Shown here: positions 57,421-64,000 of the stretch, piece after piece | How positions within the stretch are numbered: the first letter of the stretch is position 1 | Layout of the letters: every line of letters starts with the position of its first letter | The notes under the pieces: generated by a model | What the model saw: only the letters and a program-made list of their open reading frames with translations | Databases searched by the model: none | What the model was told of the DNA's origin: nothing | From: the human T2T-CHM13v2.0 reference genome, Homo sapiens | Reading direction: 5' to 3' (one strand) | DNA length: 64,000 nt | Assembly: GCF_009914755.1 (NCBI RefSeq) | Contig: NC_060928.1 | Translations under genes and position numbers: made by a program

Positions 57421-58234
57421 CTGGGCTTAACAGAAAGTGTAAGTTAGAAAAATTCCCTTGAAATATTAATAGCACTTCTAGAAGTGATATTATACATTTT
57501 AATATCCCCTCACTATGTACTGAGCAGTCACTTATTTAAGTGCAGCCTTCTATTAAGTCTAAGTAATTTTCACCTAAGTTAACTATATAAGAAGTCACAT
57601 TTTTTATTCCATGGCATTAAGACAGCATTTAGTATGACTAACAAAGTACATATATTATTTTGTGCTAAAATTCTTAAATTTTTGTATGGAAAAGTCACTT
57701 CTGTTTTCTCATGGAAATGACAGCAAAGGCAGTGCCATCTGAGGTAACATTAATAGCTGAATCCAAATAAATTTGATTGCATTATTTTGAAGAAATATGT
57801 TTCATATTCTTGAGACATCTATTTTTGTAGTTTCAAATTTATAGCATATATAGAGATTATTTAATAATGATGAGAATTAATCCTGATTGTTATTGGAAAT
57901 AACTCAGTTAAGTTTAGCTTTTTAAAACAGATTTAGCAACTGCAGAAAAATAAAACTTGTAGTTTTGTTTTTGTAGTTAGGGCATACCAAAAATTAATTG
58001 CTGTAGACCTTGTCTCCCAATAGTTCTTTTTTTAATTTCTGTCACCTCCCTCAAACCTTTAAACTTGACAGAAATAGAATGTGGTGAAGATTTTGCTTCC
58101 CATGAATAAATAAGATTTTTATTATATGCTAATTGTTATCCCTTTTAGTGCTTGGTCTAGATGGGAAAGACTTATAAAATTTACTCCTGTGTAACTACTT
58201 CTGCCCTTTCTTTAAGTCATGAGCTGTTGGTATA

Positions 58235-58745
58235 TATTTTTTATTGTGGTGAAATTCATGTAATATAAAAATAACCTTTCTAAAGTGAACAATTCAGTGA
58301 CACTTAGTACGTTTACAATGTTATACAATCATCAACTCTATCTAGTTCCAAAACATTTTTATTGTGCTAAAAGGTGACCCTCTACATACTAAGCCATTAC
58401 TCTCCATCACTCACCCCCTTATTCCCTGGTAATTCTGTTTTCTATAGATTCACCTATTCTGGAAGTCTCATATAAACAGAATCCTACAATGTATAGCCTT
58501 TTGTGTCTGGCTCCTTTAACTTAGAATAAAGGCTTTCAAAGTCTATCCAGTTTGTAGTATGTATCAATACTTCATTCCTTTTAATGACTGAATAATATTT
58601 TATTATATGTGTATATATCACAATTTGTTTATCCATTCATTTGTTGAACATTTGAATTGTGTCCACTTTTTTGCTTTTGTGGATAGTGCTGCTATGAACA
58701 TTCATATAAAAGTACATTTTAAGTACCATTTTCAATGAGCTGGCA
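58235..58745 (-). mobile_element. L1MB-type 3' end
   Basis: ttattgtggtgaaattca...tatctagttccaaaacatttttatt...gtgctgctatgaacattcat. Confidence 0.88.
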
Positions 58746-58949
58746 TATTTTTGACAAGTATATAAGGGTAAGTTTCCTGACTTTTTGAAAGCTATTTGAA
58801 AATGTGACTGAATATTATAGACAATTTTCCTATCTTGGGATGTATCTAAAGAAACCAAATTTTAAAGCTTTGAGCACTTTTTTTCTCTTGAAACTGACAC
58901 TTCTGTTTCTTACAAAAAGTGTCAGACTGATAGTCATGGGGAAATTCAA

Positions 58950-61000
58950 TTCAACTGTTCATATTTGTTGAATCAATCTCTGTGAAAATTAATTTCTATT
59001 ATATATCAGGTACTGAATTCAGTTGGTAGTATAGAAACAAATTTCACTTTCAAAAAAGCATATAGATATTCAGAGAGATAGTCAAACAATATATGACAAA
59101 AACACATTGGTATGTGACCATGCCTGAGAGTCTGCCCAGGATGCTACAGAGCAACAAGAGGGAGCACCCCATCCAACCCAGGCAGCTCAGCCAGACTTCC
59201 AAGAGGAGGGATCTGAGCTCTTTTCAAATATTATGAAGGTAAAGTACAAATTTCCACAATAAATTCTTCTTCTGTCTTACTCCCCAGAAGTAGATAATGT
59301 ATGCTTCTGGGATATTTTTGTGTACAAAAAAAGGCATACATTTGGGTTGAAAAGACACACAGACAAATATATCAGTAGGCATATAAATTTTAAGATGGAA
59401 TCAAACTATTCATATTGTTTTGTAAATGCCTTTTGCACTTAACTATTGTAATTTTATTCCTCCGATACCGATGAGCTGAGCCTGAAAATGTATAAGTTAG
59501 TCTGGTGAACAAAATTGTGAGGATATTTTATACAAGCAACAGCAGGGGTAAAGGTGTGGAGATGAGGAAGAGCACTGTATATCCTACACCTCTAAATAAT
59601 TCAGTCCTTTTGGAGAGGGAAGCAGAAACTAGCATCTAAACTTGATAGAGCTGAAAGTGGAAAAGACTGATGATTTTAGATAATCTTTAACTAGATTTGA
59701 ATGATTTTATGATGATTAAACTCTACTTTTTAAGTCTTTGCATTTTCCTTTTTTTCTTCTTATGTCTCCCTTTCAGGTTCTTAGTGAAGCCTCATCTAAA
59801 ACAGATTTTAATTTCCCCCAGAAACAACTATTTCACCTTGTTAGTTTACTTATCCAGGCATGGCCCTGAATTGTGTGCAATTTCCCAAAACTTCAGTCTA
59901 GTTCAGCATTGTGTGTGTAATGATGATAGTCTAAGCACTGTGACAAAGTCCGGGTGATAAATGGATACATGGAAAAAATCCATGTCTTAATGATATAAGA
60001 TAATGGAGGATCTGTAGATATGGATAGGGAGATATTGTATAGATAATTTAGAACTATACATCATGACCCTCAGCCCTCAAACTGTTGAGGCCAGGGAAGC
60101 CTTCTTGGAATAAATGAATACAAATTATTTAAGACAAGAAGTGTGGGCAAACATTTTAGGCAAAGAAGCAAAATAAAGATAGCTAGGTTTAGAAAAATAC
60201 AAGCTGTTTCATCTTTTGGAGCATAATATGGCACATTGTGTTGGAAGAGGCAGAGGTGAAAGTGAAGAAGTGGTGATCATCATGTGCAGTGTTAAAGAGC
60301 TTGAACTTGATAAGAAGCCACTGAAAAATATTTAAAGGAGATAGAAATGGTTGGAGAGTGTGGATTTGAAACAAGCAAGATTACAGTTGGGAAGACAAGT
60401 TAACAGGCCATTACAATACTCTGGCTGAAAGATTACGGGATCTGAACAATAGCAGTGGATGGGAAAGGGCTGGTGAGAAGAGAGCTGAATTAATAAATGT
60501 CTTAGAATTAAAATCAGAACTTAATGCTAAGAAGAAGAAATGCTAAGAGGATAGAAGAAACAATGGATGTAACCTAGATTTGTACTTTTGGTGATGGGGA
60601 AAATGCCTGTGTTGAGCATTCAACTCTGTTTCCAATGAATATGTGGTTCAGAGACTTGAGGGCAGGTTAAAACTGGAGAAACAGCCTGAGCAACATGGCA
60701 AGACCCCATCTCTACAGAACTGCTTGAACACAGGAGGTCGTGGCTGCAGTGAGCTGTGATTGCATCACTGCACTCCAGCCTGGATAGTTGAAGCTGTCAT
60801 GCAGAGAGAATCTATGGGATAAAAAGGGTTGAGAATAGAAGTATGGAGCAGAAGAGTAGTTAGCTTACAAAAGGGAATGTCAAATAATGACCAGAATATT
60901 AAAAATAGAATCAGGAGTGAGTGTCATGGAGTGCAGTAGGAGGATAGTAAAGCACCACAGAGAAGACCACTTAAAGACTGAAGCCCAAGAGTTATCCTTT
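58950..61000 (-). mobile_element. Fragmented antisense L2 with an L1M piece (~59230-59450) and an internally deleted AluJ (~60680-60785, +)
   Basis: gaggccagggaagccttcttgga, aagaagccactgaaaaatattta and gcaagattacagttgggaagacaagt; fused Alu arm pieces. Confidence 0.6.
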
Positions 61001-61101
61001 GGATATTCCCCAGTTGCTATGAATTCTTAAGTGAATTATAAATAGTATAAGGCCACAAAAACTGGCAATGAAATGATAAAAATAATAATAAGAATAACTA
61101 A

Positions 61102-61610
61102 TGTGACGGTTAATTTCATGTGTCAACTTGACTGGCCCATGGAGTGCCCAGATATTTGGTTAAACATTCTGGCTTTGTCTGTGAGGGTGTTTCTAAATGA
61201 GATTAACGTTTGATTCAGTAAACCGAGTAAAGAAGATTAACCTCCTGAATGTGGTTGGGCCTCACTCAATATATTGTAGGCCTGAATAGAAAAAAGTAGC
61301 AGAGTAAGAGAGAATTTGCTCTTTGCCTGTCTTCAAGCTGGGACATTGGTTTTCTCCTGCCTTTGGACTCTGACATGAACTGGAACTTACCTCATCAACC
61401 ATCACTTCTCCTGGTTCCCAGGCCTTTGGACTTGGATTGAAACTATACCATTGGCTTTCCTGGATCTCCATCTTGCCCACTGCATATCTTGGAATTTTGC
61501 AGCTTCCATAACCATGTCAGTCAATTTCCTACAATAAATCTCTTTATGTCATTCAGATATACATGTATGTGTTAGCACTTCTGTTTCTCTGGAGAACCCA
61601 GATTAATACA
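61102..61610 (+). mobile_element. MLT2 (B/D-like) ERVL LTR
   Basis: tgtgacggttaatttcatgtgtcaacttgactgg...gtgcccagatatttggttaaacatt...ttctgtttctctggagaacccagattaataca. Confidence 0.93.
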
Positions 61611-63040
61611 GATTTGGGTACAGAGAATGAGGTGCTACTGTAACAAATACCTGAAAGTGTGGGAGCGGATTTGGAACTGGCTAATCAGTAGAGGCTGGGA
61701 TAATTTTGAGGTACATTCTAGTAAAAGCCAAGATTGCCGTGAAGGGACTGTTAAAGGTGATTCTGTTGTGGTCTCAGAAAGAAAAGAGGGGAGCTATACA
61801 GAAAGCTCTCATTTTCTTAGAGAATACATAATCATCATGAACAGAATGTTGGTAAAATATAGATGATAAAGGCCATTTTGGTGAGGTATCAGAGGAAAAT
61901 GAGGAATATGTTATTGGACAGTGGAGGAAGAAAGATCCTTGTTATAAAGTGGCAAAAAACTTTACTGAATTGTGTTCATGTTCTAGTGTTTTGTGGAAGA
62001 TGGAGCATGCAAGCAAAGAAATTCAATATTATCTGAGGAAATTTTAAAGCAAAGTGTCGAAGTAGTGGCATGGTTTCTCCTGATTGCTTATACTAACATG
62101 CAAGAAGAGAGAATTACTTTGAAGAAGGAATTGTGGAGCAAAAAGAAACCAGAACTTAAAGGCTTAAAATATTCTCAGCCTATTCATATTTTGAAAAATG
62201 AGAAAGTGTGTTGGGAAGAGAACACTAAGGGAGGGGCAAAGAACCATTTGATAAAGAGATTAGTATGGGTGTGAACTACAGACCTAATAGCTACTCTAGC
62301 AGAAGCACTTCCAGTTTGAAGGAAATAGAGATGGGTTGAAATAAAGGATGGCTGTCAAACTTACTAGATCTTACAGGACCAGACCATAGAACCATTTGGC
62401 TGTCAACATACACCGTTCTTCAAGACAAGGGAAGAATGGCATCAAAGGCAATTCAGAGATCATCAGTTCTGGCTCCTCAGTTTTAAAGGGTGCATGTGGG
62501 GATATATTCTCAGTTTTGATAGTCCAAATGGTGACCAATCAGAGCCTTGGGGGCATGACTCCTTCCTGGCAGAGCTGCAGAGGTTGGCCCACCACCCCAA
62601 AGGGGCTAGAAGGCAGGACCACCACCCCAGCAGGTCCAGAGGGGAGGGCATCAAGTCCAAGCAGACTATTCTTGAGGTTTTGATCCAATAAAACTTGGTT
62701 TGTTGAGTTTTGGACTTGCTTTGGACCTGTCACCCCTTTCTTCTTTCTGATTTCTTCCTTTTTAAATGGAATGTCTATCTTATGCCTCACCCAATATAGT
62801 ACTTTGGAAGGACACAGCTTGTTTGGTTTCACAGATTCACAGCTGGAGAGGAATTTTGCCTCAGGATGAATCCTGCCTCGAGCCTCACCCATTTCTAGTT
62901 TAGATGATATTTTAATAAGACTTTTAGACTTTAGACTTGAGAGTTGATGATGAAATGAGTTAAGACTTTTGGGCTGTTGTGACAGAATGAATATATTTTG
63001 CATGTGAGAAGGACATGCTTTTTGGGGTGCCAGGGTGGAA
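61611..63040 (+). mobile_element. MaLR internal sequence (MLT1A-int-like)
   Basis: gatttgggtac...ggtgctactgtaacaaatacctgaaagtgtgg...ttggaactgg; homologous to THE1-int in this window at both ends (aatgagttaagacttt...tgtgagaaggacatg); purine tract before the LTR. Confidence 0.9.
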
Positions 63041-63365
63041 TGTTATGAACTGCATATTTTTATTCCCCCCCAAATGTATACATCGAAACCCTACTCCCCA
63101 GTATATTTGAAGGTGAGAACTTTGGGAGGTAATTAGGTTTAGATGAAGTCATGGGGGTGAGGTTCCCATGATGGGATTAGAGGAAGAGATCAGAGCTCTC
63201 TCTTCAGCATGTGAAGACACAGCAAAGAGGCAGCTATCTGGAAGGTAGGGAAAGGGCTCTTGTACTCAGACTTTTAGCTTCCAGGACTGTGAGGAAATAA
63301 AGATCTGTTGTGTAAGCCAACAAGTCTGTGGTATTTTGTTGTAGCAGTTCGAGCAGACTAGGGCA
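63041..63365 (+). mobile_element. MLT1A-family MaLR LTR
   Basis: tgttatgaactg...tttgggaggtaattaggtttagatgaagtcatg...catgatgggattag...tggtattttgttgtagcag...gactagggca. Confidence 0.9.
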
Positions 63366-64000
63366 GCTAATATTTCTGAGGACTTGACATATGCCAGTTG
63401 TAGTTCTAAGTGTTTTGGAGCTTATCTCCAAGTCTCTTCATTTGGACTTGAGTTCATTTTAGACCTACTTCTTAGATATCACTGGGAATTCTCTATAGTC
63501 TTTGAAAATTATAGTCTTGCTTCTGACACATTTTTTCTTCTCTTTGGCCAATCTGAAGCACACACCAGTTGGTGTTGTCGTGCTTCTAATCTTATTTTCT
63601 TTCTCTTTTGGAAACAGAGCTTAGAGGACAGCTCTGCTTCCTTGAACAATAAACACAACTTTTTTTTTAGTTTATGAAAATTCAATGATGTATTACAGTG
63701 GTTTTTCAACTTGGCAAGCTCTTTGGTAACTGTCAAATTTTTTATATTGTTTCTTTTCTCCTAAAACACATAACGCTATTCCATTTACCCTACATAATAT
63801 CATCCTAATTAAATATATGTTTTTGCTTTAACATCTTTTATCGATCAGCCTATTATACTTCTCTCCAGAAAAATTACGTGTACTATAATGAAGTGGAATT
63901 TAAAAAAAATTCTGTGGCCATAATGACATTAATATTTCTATTCTGGATTATGTTGTATTATAATTATTAGTATACAATTGATTAGTGCAACAAGTTATAA

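Noticed and set aside
61627-63003. ORFs in the MaLR internal region
   Set aside because: Fragments of the decayed MaLR ORF or antisense frames; no intact gene.
63697-64000. Possible hAT element starting cagtggtttttcaac
   Set aside because: Only a TIR-like start is visible and the window ends; family cannot be supported.

Overview
Primate (probably human; AluY and young L1PA sequence present) non-coding DNA. It is AT-rich and CpG-poor, with no CpG island and no recognisable host gene, tRNA/rRNA gene or CRISPR array. Well over half is transposable-element fossil: a near full-length L1PB1, a complete THE1B provirus, a full-length HSMAR2 mariner, six ERV1 solo LTRs within about 10.5 kb, many Alus, hAT-Charlie and Tigger MITEs, L2, MIR and old L1M. 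The only ORF-track entries with recognisable protein identity are decayed TE genes. Main oddities: (1) an apparently single provirus with an ERVL (MLT2) 5' LTR but MaLR (MLT1A) body and 3' LTR, sharing one TSD; (2) a local ~570 bp duplication of a stack of three Charlie MITEs; (3) a 77-nt L1PA insertion with a 15-bp TSD and a candidate micro 3' transduction. I see no evidence for a new multi-gene system. Subfamily names come from remembered consensus sequences, not a RepeatMasker run; boundaries without a TSD are approximate.
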